Assembly (NCBI GenBank): GCA_964016885.1
Contig: OZ024745.1
Span: 129,022,001 to 129,086,000 of the forward strand
DNA length: 64,000 nt
Source: Eledone cirrhosa
Taxonomy: Eukaryota
Direction: 5' to 3'
Shown: positions 44,307 to 58,527 of the stretch, one piece after another
Layout of the letters: each line of letters begins with the position of its first letter
How positions within the stretch are numbered: the first letter of the stretch is position 1
Notes under the pieces: generated by a model
What the model saw: the letters and a program-made list of their open reading frames with translations, nothing else
What the model was told of the DNA's origin: nothing
Databases searched by the model: none
Position numbers and translations under genes: made by a program

Positions 44307-44642
44307 GTTATCTCTACCTGTACTGTCAGTAGGAAGACAATTCTCATTGTTAACATCACTGTCGTCGTCAGTTGTTGTCATTGCTATCCATCACCGACTT
44401 CAACATTAACAACATCATCATCGTTATTATCACTCTCAGCAGCAGCTGCTGCACCGAAACCACCACCACCACCACCACCATCACCACCACCATCACCTCC
44501 ACTATCACCCCCCCCCCACCTACCATCATACTATCACCACTACCACAACATCCACCATGCCACTACTGTCTTTTACAAACCAATATCTCCGCCTCTCCTT
44601 AGTCTTGATTGCTTCAGCAATTTACCGTTGTCATAATCTGAT

Positions 44643-44672
44643 TGTAGTAGTAGTAGTAGTAGCAGCAGCAGC

Positions 44673-44713
<41 letters not shown>

Positions 44714-44744
44714 CAGCAGTAGTAGTAGTAGTAGTAGTAGTAGT

Positions 44745-44818
<74 letters not shown>

Positions 44819-44861
44819 CAGCAGCAGTAGTAGTAGTAGTAGTAGTAGTAGCAGCAGCAGC

Positions 44862-44893
<32 letters not shown>

Positions 44894-44927
44894 CAGTAGT
44901 AGTAGTAGTAGTAGTAGTAGTAGCAGC

Positions 44928-44982
<55 letters not shown>

Positions 44983-45077
44983 TTGGTAGTAGTAGTATTA
45001 GTAGTAGTAGTATTAGTAGTAGTAGTAGTAGTAGTAGTAGTAGCAGCAGCAGCAGCAGTAGTAGTAGTAGCAGCAGC

Positions 45078-45126
<49 letters not shown>

Positions 45127-45244
45127 TTGGTAGTAGTAGTATTAGTAGTAGTAGTATTAGTAGTAGTAGTAGTAATAGTAGTTTTAGTAGTAGTAGTGTT
45201 GGTAGTAGTAGTGTTGGTAGTAGTAGTAGTAGTAGTAGTAGTAC

Positions 45245-45285
<41 letters not shown>

Positions 45286-45542
45286 AGATGATGTTGATGC
45301 AATTTCCTGCCAACACACTGCTGACTCAGCTCTTTGATCGAAGAATTCCACGGGGGAGAGGCAGAGAAGTAAGCGGCATCATGGCGTGTGGAGCAAGATG
45401 GCGGAGTGGGTGGAGATTTGTGTGAAGGTCGTGGGGATGAGATAATGCGTTGAGTGGTTGTTGCCCCGTCGTTTTCTTTCTCTTTCTCTTTTTGTCTCTG
45501 TCTCTGTCTATCTATCTCTCTTTCTCTTTCTCTATTTCTCTT

Positions 45543-45579
<37 letters not shown>

Positions 45580-46238
45580 TCTCCCTCTCACATCTCAGTG
45601 ATGCCATCCCCTCACCAGTCCACCACTATCACCCACTCACCTCTGTTCACCTAGTTGCCTATTCAAGAAAAAAATACCTTTGCTTCCATCTCACAAAAAC
45701 AGAATCACCATTACCCCCACCACTACCACCACCACTACCCCCACCGCCGCCGCCGCATCCACCACCAACCTCACCATCACTATTATTACTACACCACCAC
45801 CACCACTATCACCACCACCACACCACCATCACCAGGACCGCTGCCACCACCACCACTACCACCACCACCACACCACCATTACCGGGACCGCTGCCACCGC
45901 CACCACTATCACCACCACCACCACCACCACCATCACAACCACCACCACCACCAACATCACCACCACCACCACCACTATCACCACCACCACACCTCCATCA
46001 CCGGGACCGCTGCCACCGCCACCACTATCACCACCACCACCACCACCACCACCATCACAACCACCACCACCACCAACATCACCACCACCACCAATATCAC
46101 CACCAACTACCACCATCAACATCACCACCACCACCAATATCACCACCACCACATCTAACATCAATATCACCACCACCACTACCACCAACATCACCATCCC
46201 CACCACTAACATCATCATCAACAACAACAACAATAGCA
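44643..46238. repeat. (TAG/CAG)n, (CT)n and (CCA)n microsatellite blocks
   Basis: Blocks at 44643-45283, ~45470-45590 and 45715-46238. Confidence 0.95.
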
Positions 46239-46361
46239 ACGACCAGAATTTATAATTGATATTATTCACATCAACAGATACGAGTCCCTTCCCAGTTGTT
46301 CGAGCAAAAATTGTAAGGTGAATAATTAGGGATGTCGGTATTGATATCACAACTTATAAAT

Positions 46362-46542
46362 TTAATTGTTTCTACTTTTTGGCACAAGGCCAGCAATTAC
46401 ACAGTACATTACTGGTACTTTATTTTATCGACCCCGTAAGGATGAAAGGCAAAGTTAACCTCGGCGGGATTTGAACTCAGATCATAAAGGGACATAACTA
46501 TGCTAGAAAGCATGGCGTCTGACCCTCTACCGAAACTGCCAA
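46362..46542 (-). mobile_element. SINE
   Basis: Consensus match; flanking direct repeat TATAAATTTAAT. Confidence 0.9.
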
Positions 46543-46884
46543 TATAAATTTAATAAAGATTCCAGAGAGAAAAAAGTTCAATTCAAATTCTGTTGTAGAA
46601 GGTTAAGTTAATCCCAGAACGTATGATTATATTACAAATTGCAGGGAGAGGAAAGTTCAATTTAAACTCAGCTGTGGGAGGTTAAGTTGATCTGAGAATT
46701 TATGATTTTAGCCTCCAGAGAGAGGAGGCTATTTTTTTTTATTCCACAGATAGGTAAACAGATAGGTAAATTACAACAACTTAATCTCGAATAAAATCTT
46801 AACCCTTTTGACAACATATTTCTAATGAAACACGCCACCTATATTTTCCCCTTAATTTTGTAAATAATCAACAATTTGGAGGTT

Positions 46885-47085
46885 AAAGTCTGCCTCAAGC
46901 CAGAAGGCTAGTTAAACTGTTGCTTATCCTGGTTTCGTGGCGACTGAGAGTATAAGACTCCCTCCTCTTTGGGCAGGACGCCAATCCATCGCAAGGTTAA
47001 ACACCCAGATATTGATGGTACTCATTTTCAGTTGAGTATACTGGAGCAAAGTGAAATGAAGTGTTTTGATCAAGAACACAACACA
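46885..47085 (-). mobile_element. Second SINE-like family (other copy 40295-40485)
   Basis: Both loci share CCA(A/G)TCCATC(G/A)CA(A/G)GGTTAA...TTTTCAG(T/C)TGAGTATACTG...GAGCAAAGT(G/A)AAATGAAGTGTTTT. Confidence 0.65.
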
Positions 47086-47820
47086 AGCTAGCTCAGAAAT
47101 CGTATAATATGGTTAGATAATATTGAGATATTTTCTTAAGGGAAGGCTGGCTCTAACTAATAACAACCGTTCCTTTAGTAAACGTATTTAAGACTAATCA
47201 ACAGAATTCGTAATATAATTGGCTTGTCTTCCACAGCCTCGGCGGACAGAAGAGAGAAGGCGTTTCCCCGGGGAACTGCTGGTTAAATAATAAGTTTAGC
47301 AAATGGTTAGATAAATTTAGCAAAAATATTCTCCCATAGAGTTATATATTGTTTAAATATAACTATTCGAAAACAAGAGGTTTGCTGCGGTTGGCAGAAA
47401 AAATGCTGTTTGCATTCTGAGACAAGGTATGTGACTCTGTGGAGAAAGTTGGTTTGGAACACGGCATCCTGATTTTGGTCTCACTGAAATACTGTAATCC
47501 AGTTACATTTTAACAGTTCCAAAAATTAATTGTATATATACATACTGACCAATTGATAAGACTTGAAATAAAGGAAACATTCGTCAGCCCAACATAGACT
47601 ATTTTTTATAGTAAATACATACCTTGAAGCTGTTCATTTTAAGTTAATAGAAATAAAAAATTTCATATAAAAAAGAAAATGTTTGCTCTACATGGCTGAA
47701 TACAATAAATGTAATCTGAGTTCGATTCGTTTGCAATTATGCAAACAAGCCTCAATTTTATAGCCATATCAGTAGAATGAACCCTTCATTCTTGCTCTTG
47801 TGTTGGCTGCAAACGAATCG

Positions 47821-48012
47821 AGCGGTGAATTGGCAGTATCGGTAAAGTGTTGGACGCCATGCTTTCCAGCATAGTTACGTCCCTTTACAGACTGAGTTCA
47901 AATCCCGCTGAGGTTAACTTTGCCTTTCATCCTTACGGGGTCGATAAAATAAAGTACCAGTAATGTACTGGGTAATGCTGGCCTTGTGCCTAAAGTAGAA
48001 ACAGTTATTAAT
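47821..48012 (+). mobile_element. SINE
   Basis: Consensus match; 3' fragments also at 48361-48440 and 14420-14482. Confidence 0.9.
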
Positions 48013-48044
48013 ATTATTCGAAAAACTCAGATTACAAAAATTTC

Positions 48045-48089
<45 letters not shown>

Positions 48090-48133
48090 CATACACACGC
48101 ATACACACGTACATTCACACATACATACATACT

Positions 48134-48184
<51 letters not shown>

Positions 48185-49390
48185 ATACACACTGCCATTG
48201 ACACTCTTCTCTTCTGGCGTTTTTTTCGCGCCTATGAGTTAACAATTTCCGGTTCCTTTTCACTGGCACAGGTTGAACAAGTTGTTTCTCAACGAACAAC
48301 GAAACGTACGTACGTACCTTGTATAACATCGTTGTAGTATTGCCCTAAATATTTATATTACCTTACGGGGTCGATAAAATAAAGCACCAGTAATGCACTG
48401 GGTATTTGCTGGCCTTGTGCCAAAAAGTAGAAACAATTATATATATAAAAGAAGTATTTCCGTAGTAAATGTAAAGGAAAAGAGAGTGCTCTATTTATGC
48501 TCGTTATTTTATTTCAGCCTCACTTTCATTTATCCTAAACTCTGTTTTTAAATCCATATCCCATTCAATAATAAATTTTTTCTGATGAAACCATTGGTAA
48601 ATGAATTAATTATCTTAATACGAGAAGCAGTTATAATTATTAAACTACGGATGTTGAATTTATTTTCTTAATCCTGTATGTATGCAATGAAAGTATTTTT
48701 AATAAGTGTATCTCATCGTAAACGTATCTCTTAGAAATTCATAAATGGCTGTGTAAACCCTTGCACTTTAAAACAAAATTACAAACCAATTATGTGGTCA
48801 TTGAAGTTGCTAGAAATAGCAAGCAAATCTTATACTCTCTACCACATTAAAAAAAGAAAGAACGAAAACGGGAGTAACTCGTTAAGAACGAAAACGGGAG
48901 TAACTCGTGAAATATTCGAAGCGTTACTGCTTCGGACGTGATAAAAGGGAAATTATATAAAGAATTTTAAATATTTCGAAAGCACAAGCAATCGTCAAGG
49001 ACTTTATATACTAATTCCTTTCTTTCTGTGTTCGTGGCAGCTGGAAAATTGTCTTCAATTTCTGCCAGTGTTACAAAGCAAGGTTATCTTGTAGTTACCC
49101 GCGTTAAATTGCTTTTTTTTAAAAAGAAAGTCGGTAGTGTCGGCCCCATGAACCTCATTTGTTTTCTAATTTGATAACTATGACTATGAAATAAAACGTG
49201 TGGTGATATGGAAACAAATCGATTAAGCTAAACGTAAATAAACATAAATAAGTTGCAAATACGTGTATTATCCCAAAGTGAAAAGTTTGGTGATTTCAAA
49301 GTTTATTTATTTACACATGGTGGTGGTGGTGATACGGAAATAAAGAGAAAGTTGACGATTGACGTCAGATGACGTCACATTCTTCTACTT

Positions 49391-50104
49391 TCACTTCTGA
49401 CAGCCAATTCCGTTGTAGTGCCGGAATAGAGGTGGGGAGTTCAGGCCGGGTGGAGTGTGGGTCTGTAGGGTGAAGATGGTGCGTTGTTCGACCCTGAGGC
49501 GGGTGGCGGGTGTTCCGTGGCATTGGAGTAGGCCACAGACTGTGAGGTGGTGCGCGGAATGTCCAGGGGAGCCAAAGTGGCGGGCGATGGGGGAACTCCC
49601 GCCGAGACGAATATCCTGGAGGTGTTCGGTAAAACGGTCCGCCAGGCGACGTCCAGTCTGTCCGACGTAGGTTGCGCTACACTCCGTGCAGCGAAGTCCA
49701 TAGACTAGGTTGGAGGAGGTGCAGCGGAAGGCGTGCCGGACAGAGAGAGAGTGGCCGTTGGGACCCTGGAAGGTGGTGGTGTTGGTGATGTGGGGGCAGG
49801 TGTTGCAACGAGGCCTGGAGCAGGGAAGGGAACATAGGGGCGGGGAGCTGCGGACGAGGAGGGTGCGGAGATTGCGTGCGCGTTTGAAGGAGAGGAGTGG
49901 TGGCGATGGGAAGATGTGGGGGGTGGAGGGGGCGGACTGGAGACGTCGGAAGAGGCGGAGGATGGTGCGGTGGAGGGGCTAGGTGGAGGGGCGGTAGGTG
50001 ATGGGGAAGGGGAGAGGGTGGATGGGTGTGCGGGGGCGTGGGGTGAGGGTGGGGGAGCGGTGGACAGTACGGGCGCGAGTGAGGGCGGTGTGGACGAGGG
50101 AGGA
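49391..50104 (-). pseudogene. Penelope-like retroelement (Neptune-type) ORF remnant: RT thumb, Cys-rich linker and GIY-YIG endonuclease; 5'-truncated, one in-frame stop
   Basis: Manual minus-strand translation: ...[53 protein letters not shown]...[13 protein letters not shown]...[40 protein letters not shown]...PIARHF...GHS...EQRTIFTLQTHTPPGLN...QK*. This has the PLE GIY-YIG pattern (VY..C..C...YVGQT.R.L..RF.EH; C-terminal PxGLN) and the Cys linker of Neptune elements. TAG at 49979-49981; 5' end abuts (TA)n. Confidence 0.93.
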
Positions 50105-50154
50105 GATATATATATATGAAATATGGTTTTATATATATATATATATATATACAT

Positions 50155-50225
<71 letters not shown>

Positions 50226-50246
50226 CATATATATATATATACACAT

Positions 50247-50277
<31 letters not shown>

Positions 50278-50668
50278 TATATATATACATATATATATAG
50301 ATATACACTCAGCCATATATACACATATGATACATTCCCCTAATGTAAAAATCCGTATCACATTGTGCCAATATAATAAATCAGTTTTATGACGTATTAT
50401 ATGACACTAGGTAGCTCTGTATAATTGTAGCTAAGTGAAGAAAAATATATATATATGTAGCCATGTAGATAAAGACACATTGGGTATAGGACATCTGGCG
50501 TGTGGGCCACGTCACTGGCAGAATGCGAACAGTTAGACCTCATGTCTGGATGTCACTGTAATCGAATCTGGAAGGCCAGCCACGAAGTTCGTTGACTCAA
50601 TATGGATGAATCATTTCATATTCATCCATAGATAATTAGGCCTATTGAGACGAAGTCACAATAAATAC

Positions 50669-50748
<80 letters not shown>

Positions 50749-50766
50749 TGTATATATATTAATACA

Positions 50767-50804
<38 letters not shown>

Positions 50805-50887
50805 TGTATTAATATATATACAATGTATATATATATAAATATATATCTATATATACATATGTATATATAAATATATATGTATATTTG

Positions 50888-50955
<68 letters not shown>

Positions 50956-50962
50956 ATACATA

Positions 50963-51014
<52 letters not shown>

Positions 51015-51088
51015 AGTGTGTGTGTGTGGTGAACCAACAGTAACGTTAGGTTACAATCCATTAAAGTATATATGTATACATATATTTG

Positions 51089-51120
<32 letters not shown>

Positions 51121-51134
51121 TACATGTATATATG

Positions 51135-51197
<63 letters not shown>

Positions 51198-51403
51198 GCA
51201 TATACACACACACACACATACTTACACAGATATATTCAGAATGAAACAGAGTAGAAAAAAGATTTTGAGAGAAATGATGATAAAGAGATTTACCGTCGTC
51301 TTACTTCATATGAGAAGGTTTTATATCCTTGGTCAAATTTTAGAGTTCTCATTTATCAGTCTCGCATTCTCTCTCCCTCTCTCTCTCTCTCTCACTCTCT
51401 CTC

Positions 51404-51437
<34 letters not shown>

Positions 51438-51495
51438 ACTTTCTCACTTTCTCTCTTTCTCTGTCTTCCTCTCTCTCTCTCCCTCTCTCTCTCTC

Positions 51496-51584
<89 letters not shown>

Positions 51585-51690
51585 CATTTGTATATATAAA
51601 TATATGTTATGTATATATGTGTGTATGTATATGTATATATATATATATATGAATACATATGTATGTATGTATATATATATATGTGTGTGC

Positions 51691-51782
<92 letters not shown>

Positions 51783-51805
51783 GTGTGTGTGTGTGTGTGT
51801 ATATA

Positions 51806-51864
<59 letters not shown>

Positions 51865-51958
51865 TGAGATAGTTAGATAGAGAAAAAGAGGGAGAGAGTG
51901 ATGTCAATTTATTTATGTATTTATATAAATATATTTATAATTGTCTAGCTACCTTTCC

Positions 51959-51993
<35 letters not shown>

Positions 51994-52269
51994 TCTCTCA
52001 CTCTCTCTCTCTGTCTCTGTCTCTCTCTCTCTCTCACTCTCACTCTCTCTCACTCTCTCTCTCTCTCTCTCAGTGTCTCTCTCTCGTTCTTCTCCCTCCT
52101 CTATCTCTACAGACATATTTATAAATATATGCATATATATATTTATATAATTATTCATATATACACACACACACACATATATATATATATCCATATATAT
52201 ATATATCCATATATATATATGTTGTTATACTTGTATATGTATATATGTATATATACATATATATATATG

Positions 52270-53040
52270 AATCAATTTAGTCCTTCATCAGTGATCTTCC
52301 AACCTTCATTGGTATTTCATCGCTTTAAAGACCATATACCTCCGGTTGGTGCGAGCAACGGCTAAAGAAAGCCGCTGGGACACGTAAATAAGGGGAACGA
52401 GGGAGACTATAAACAATCAAAGATGGTAATGCAACGAAAAGTGAGGAAGAAAGAGTCAAGTCCCAGATTTCCATGAATATAAGTTCTGTGAAATCGTGGA
52501 CGAGAGAGAATAAAGACCATCAAACCTGGTCGAAATGTGAGCAAGGAAAGAATTTCGCACAGGTCAAACGGGAGGGAGAAGGAGTCAAGTCCCTGAATTT
52601 GGTGAACATAAGTTCTGTGAAATCGTAGACAAGAGAGAAATAAGGAACAACCAGCCTGGTCAAAGTGTGCGAGAGGAAAGAATTTCGCACAGGTCAAACG
52701 GGAGGAAGTAGGAGAGGGAGTAGCAGAGAGTGAATGAGTGAAGGGTGAGGAAGAGGCTAACAGAGAGAGTGACTGTTAGAGGGGGTAAAGGAAAGTGAGA
52801 GATACAGAGAAAGAGGAAGCAGTAAGAATGAAAAAGACGGGTCACAGCGGAGGACAATTAGAAGATCACTGATGAAGGACTACTTTATTCATATGTAACC
52901 CAATGCAACCACACAGTACTTCTTGTTTTCATATTCACACATAGATATTGTCCTCCGCTGTGACCCGTCTTTTTCATTCTTACTGCTTCCTCTTTCTCTG
53001 TATCTCTCACTTCCCTTTACCCCCTCTAACAGTCACTCTC

Positions 53041-53041
<1 letters not shown>
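52270..53041. mobile_element. PLE-like unit with ~130-bp internal tandem repeats, ~95-bp inverted arms and two hammerhead 5' halves
   Basis: Arms 52763-52858 and 52947-53041; GAAGATCA-CTGATGA-AGGACTA at 52861 (plus) and 52278-52299 (minus); tandem GAGTCAAGTCCC...GGAAAGAATTTCGCACAGGTCAAACGGGAGG within 52452-52705. Confidence 0.7.
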
Positions 53042-53074
<33 letters not shown>

Positions 53075-53189
53075 GGTCTGTCCATTGTCTGTCTGTCGGT
53101 CTGTCCATTGTCTGTCTGTCGGTCTGTCCATTGTCTGTCTGTCTGTCTCTCTGTCTGTCATTCTGTCTGTCTGTCTCTCTGTCTGTCAT

Positions 53190-53220
<31 letters not shown>

Positions 53221-53237
53221 GTCTGTCTGTCTGTCTA

Positions 53238-53268
<31 letters not shown>

Positions 53269-53297
53269 GTCTGTCTGTCTGTCTATCTGTCTGTCTA

Positions 53298-53360
<63 letters not shown>

Positions 53361-53401
53361 GTCTGTCTGTCTATCTGTCTGTCTCTCTGTCCGTCTGTCT
53401 A

Positions 53402-53432
<31 letters not shown>

Positions 53433-54491
53433 GTCTGTCTGTCTGTCTGTTCATTCTGTCTTGGTATTTTTGCTGATTCAGATTATCAATGTGTCTGTTT
53501 TCCTCTTTGTAACCGCCCGTCTGCTTACCCCTTCATCTAATTGGCTCCCCTTCCTCTCTCCCCCTCTCCACCCTTTCTCTTTTTATCTCCTCCCCTCTCT
53601 CTTCCGCCCTCTGTCAGTCGGTCTGTCCGACTGCATCGTACGATCGATCTCTCGAAATATAGGTTAGCAATGCCAGACTGCATTTGTATGTCTGACTGTG
53701 TATGTGTGACTGTATGTATGTGTGTGCCTGTATGTGTGTGTGCGTGTGTGTGATTGTGTGTGTGTGTGTGTGTGCGTGTGCGACTGTGTACGGGACTGTG
53801 TGTGAATGTATGTATATATATATGTGTGTGTGTGTGTGTGTGAGTTTATGTATGTGTGTGTGAGTATGTGTACGTCACTGTGTGTGAGTGTATGTATGTG
53901 TGTGAGTGTGTGTATGTGTGTGTGTGTGAGTTTGTCTATGTATGTTACTGCGTGTGTGTGTGTGTGTGTACGTGAATTTGTATGACTGTATGTATGTATA
54001 TGTGTGTGTGTGTGTGTGAGTTTATGCATGTGTGTGTGTGTGAGACTGTGTACGTGACTGTGTGTGAGTGTATGTATGTGTGTGAGTGTGTGTATGTGTG
54101 TGTGTGTGAGTTTGTCAATCTATGTGACTGCTTGTGTGTGTGTGTGTGTGTACATGACTTTGTATGACTGTATGTATGTGTGTGAGTGTGTGTATGTGTG
54201 TGTGTGTGAGTTTGTCTATCCATGTGACTGCGCGCGTGTGCGCGTGTGTGTGTGTGTACGTGACTTTGTATGACTTTATGTATGTGTGTGAGTGTGTGTG
54301 TGAGTTTGTGTATGTATGTGACTGCATGTGTATGTGTGTGCGCGCGTGCGTGTGTGTGTGTGTGGTGCAAATAGCTGCAGATATTGAGATGCAAGGATGC
54401 AAGGGAAAAAAATCCAAAAAAATCCAATACATTCATATAGAGGGATAGAAAGAGATTTAGGTAGGTGGGTGAGATATCTAATTAGAATGAG

Positions 54492-55146
54492 GAAGAAAGA
54501 GAGAGTGAGAGACAGGTAGACAGACAGGTGGAGGTGAAGAAAGAGAGAGTGAGAGACAGGTAGACAGACAGGTGGAGGTGAAGAAAGAGAGAGTGAGAGA
54601 CAGGTAGACAGACAGGTGGAGGTGGAAGAAAGAGAGAGTTAGAGACAGGTAGACAGACAGGTGGAGGTGGAAGAAAGAGAGAGTTAGAGACAGGTAGACA
54701 GACAGGTGGAGGTGAAGAAAGAGAGAGTTAGAGACAGGTAGACAGACAGGTGGAGGTGGAAGAAAGAGAGAGTTAGAGACAGGTAGACAGACAGGTGGAG
54801 GTGAAGAAAGAGAGAGTTAGAGACAGGTAGACAGACAGGTGGAGGTGGAAGAAAGAGAGAGTTAGAGACAGGTAGACAGACAGGTGGAGGTGAAGAAAGA
54901 GAGAGTTAGAGACAGGTAGACAGACAGGTGGAGGTGGAAGAAAGAGAGAGTTAGAGACAGGTAGACAGACAGGTGGAGGTGAAGAAAGAGAGAGTTAGAG
55001 ACAGGTAGACAGACAGGTGGAGGTGGAAGAAAGAGAGAGTTAGAGACAGGTAGACAGACAGGTGGAGGTGAAGAAAGAGAGAGTTAGAGACAGGTAGACA
55101 GACAGGTGGAGGTGGAAGAAAGAGAGAGTTAGAGACAGGTAGACAG
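54492..55146. repeat. 44/45-bp purine-rich minisatellite, about 15 units
   Basis: GAAGAAAGAGAGAGTTAGAGACAGGTAGACAGACAGGTGGAGGT(G). Confidence 0.95.
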
Positions 55147-55521
55147 TCAGGCGGACAAAGCAGGCAGATAAATGGATAGAAAATAACGAATGTTGAGGTA
55201 AATGGATGGAAGAATGTTGACTTTTGTGACGAGAGGAGATGGTGAGGGAACAGATATAATGCCAGTGTGTGTATGTGTGTGTGTGTGGGGGGGGGAGATG
55301 AGAGAGAGAGAGAGAGAGTGTGTGTGTGGGGAGGGGGGAGTAAGAGAAACAGAGTGAGAAAGAAACAGAGAAAGAGAAATCGTGAGTGAGAGATGGAGAT
55401 GGAGAGAGTTGGCTAAATACATAAATAGACTGATAATTATATATATTTACATATATATAATTATATATAAATACATATATTTATATATATATATGTATAT
55501 ATATATGTGTGTATATATAAA

Positions 55522-55558
<37 letters not shown>

Positions 55559-55814
55559 ATATATAAATGAATATATATATATATATATATAATTATACAT
55601 ATAACTATATGTATTTATATATATATTTATATATATCTATATCTATATAAATATATACATATATATATATATAAATAATCACATATATATAAATAAACAC
55701 ACACACACACATACATATACATATATATATATATAATCATATATATGTAAATAAATGAATATATATGTGTATGTATATATATATATATATATATAAAGAA
55801 AGAGAGAGATAGAT

Positions 55815-55884
<70 letters not shown>

Positions 55885-56014
55885 TGAGAGAGAGTGAAAG
55901 AGAGAGAAAGAGAGAGAGTGAGAGAGAGTGAAAGAGAGAGAAAGAGAGAGAGAGAGAGAGACATAAAAATGGTGAATTACAAGAATGATACTCGTCATGA
56001 CTAAAATGATCAGG

Positions 56015-56321
56015 ATGGTCATAATAATAATTGTTTCTACTTTTTGCACAAGGCCAGCAATTACCCAGTACATTACTGGTACTTTATGGTCATAATAATA
56101 ATTGTTTCTACTTTTTGCACAAGGCCAGCAATTACCCAGTACATTACTGGTACTTTATGGTCATAATAATAATTGTTTCTACTTTTTGCACAAGGCCAGC
56201 AATTACCCAGTACATTACTGGTACTTTATGGTCATAATAATAATTGTTTCTACTTTTTGCACAAGGCCAGCAATTACCCAGTACATTACTGGTACTTTAT
56301 GGTCATAATAATAATTGTTTC
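56015..56321 (-). repeat. 71-bp tandem repeat (4 units plus partial) made of the SINE 3' end
   Basis: ATGGTCATAATAATAATTGTTTCTACTTTTTGCACAAGGCCAGCAATTACCCAGTACATTACTGGTACTTT repeated. Confidence 0.95.
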
Positions 56322-56419
56322 TGATTTAGGCACAAGGCCAGTAATTTTGGGGGAGGGGAATGTCGATTAAATGTCGACCCAGTGCATGACTGGTACTTTC
56401 TTTTGTTGACCCTGTAATG

Positions 56420-56450
<31 letters not shown>

Positions 56451-56462
56451 GTAATATTAGAA

Positions 56463-56650
56463 GGGCGGAGGATGGGCAGTACCGGTAGAGGGTCGGATAC
56501 CACGCTTTGACGCATAGAGTTACGTCCCTTTACAGTCTGATTTCAAATCCCGCCGGGTTTAACTTTGTCTTTCATCCTTACGGGTTCGATAAAATAAAGT
56601 ACCAGTAATGCACTGGGGTAATTGCCGGCCTTGTGCCTAAAGTAGAAACA

Positions 56651-56690
<40 letters not shown>
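56463..56690 (+). mobile_element. SINE with (TAT)n tail
   Basis: Consensus match. Confidence 0.88.
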
Positions 56691-56721
56691 GTAGTAGTAG
56701 TAGTATTGTTATTGTCATCAT

Positions 56722-58380
56722 GACCACCACCACCACACCGCCACCACTACCATCACCACCACTACCACCACCACTACCACCACCACCACCACCACTACCA
56801 TCACCACTACTACCACCACCACTACCACCACCACCACTACCATCACCACCTCTTCAACAACCACTACTACCACCACCACCACCACCACCACCACCACCAC
56901 CACCACCACCACCACCACCACCACCATCACCACTACCATCACCACCTCTTCAACTACCACCACCACCACCACCACCACCACCACCACCACTATCACCACT
57001 ACCATCACCACCTCTTCAACTACCACCACCACCACCACCACCACCACCACCACCACCACCATCACCACTACCATCACCACCTCTTCAACTACCACCACCA
57101 CCACCACCACCACCACCACCACCACTATCACCACTACCATCACCACCTCTTCAACTACCACCACCACCACCACCATCACCACTACCATCACCACCTCTTC
57201 AACTACCACCACCACCACCACCACCACCACCACCACCACCACCACCATCACCACTACCATCACCACCTCTTCAACTACCACCACCACCACCACCACCACC
57301 ACCACCACCACTATCACCACTACCATCACCACCTCTTCAACTACCACCACCACCACCACCATCACCACTACCATCACCACCTCTTCAACTACCACCACCA
57401 CCACCACCACCACCACCACCATCACCACTACCATCACCACCTCTTCAACTACCACCACCACCACCACCATCACCACTACCATCACCACCTCTTCAACTAC
57501 CACCACCACCACCACCACCACCACCACCACCACTATCACCACTACCATCACCACCTCTTCAACTACCACCACCACCACCACCATCACCACTACCATCACC
57601 ACCTCTTCAACTACCACCACCACCACCACCACCACCACCACCACCACCACCACCATCACCACTACCATCACCACCTCTTCAACTACCACCACCACCACCA
57701 CCACCACCACCACCACCACTATCACCACTACCATCACCACTACCATCACCACCTCTTCAACTACCACCACCACCACCACCACCACCACCACCATCACCAC
57801 TACCATCACCACCTCTTCAACTACCACCACCACCACCACCATCACCACTACCATCACCACCTCTTCAACTACCACCACCACCACCACCACCACCACCACC
57901 ACCACTATCACCACTACCATCACCACCTCTTCAACTACCACCACCACCACCACCATCACCACTACCATCACCACCTCTTCAACTACCACCACCACCACCA
58001 CCACCACCACCACTGTCACCACTACCATCACCACCTCTTCAACTACCACCACCACCACCACCACCACCACCACCACCACCACCACCACCATCACCACTAC
58101 CATCACCACCTCTTCAACTACCACCACCACCACCACCACCACCACCACTGTCACCACTACCATCACCACCTCTTCAACTACCACCACCACCACCACCACC
58201 ACCACCACCACCACCACCATCACCACTACCATCACCACCTCTTCAACTACCACCACCACCACCACCACTACACCGTCACCGCCACCACAACCACCACCAC
58301 CTCACCGCCACTACCACCACCACCACAACCACCACTGCCAACACCACAGCAACCACTACCATCATCATCATCCTTATCAC
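56722..58380. repeat. (CCA)n-based minisatellite with a constant TCACCACTACCATCACCACCTCTTCAACTA core
   Basis: About 30 cores separated by variable numbers of CCA triplets. Confidence 0.95.
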
Positions 58381-58492
58381 CACTAATTCTGGCTTTCATT
58401 ATCCCCTTATAATTGTCATCATTACTTCCTACTTTTTCCCATCATCATAAATGATATGGCATACGAAGGAATTATAGGAGAAGAGAGAGAGA

Positions 58493-58527
<35 letters not shown>

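Noticed and set aside
48576-48610. Isolated CTGANGA hits (also 6442, 9171, 60299, 60853) and the eroded motif at 16918-16950
   Set aside because: Lack a convincing GAAA/stem I, or the core is too mutated to count as a feature.
49441-50361. ORF-track calls over the GC-rich island
   Set aside because: Wrong frames; the meaningful frame is the GIY-YIG frame 49391-50104 (minus).
54492-56321. CRISPR-like regular repeats
   Set aside because: No unique spacers, no cas genes, eukaryotic context.
56633-58450. 605-aa extensin-like proline-rich ORF and its antisense poly-Val ORF
   Set aside because: It starts inside a SINE tail and runs through (TAT)n and a (CCA)n minisatellite that lacks stops; no signal peptide or splice evidence.
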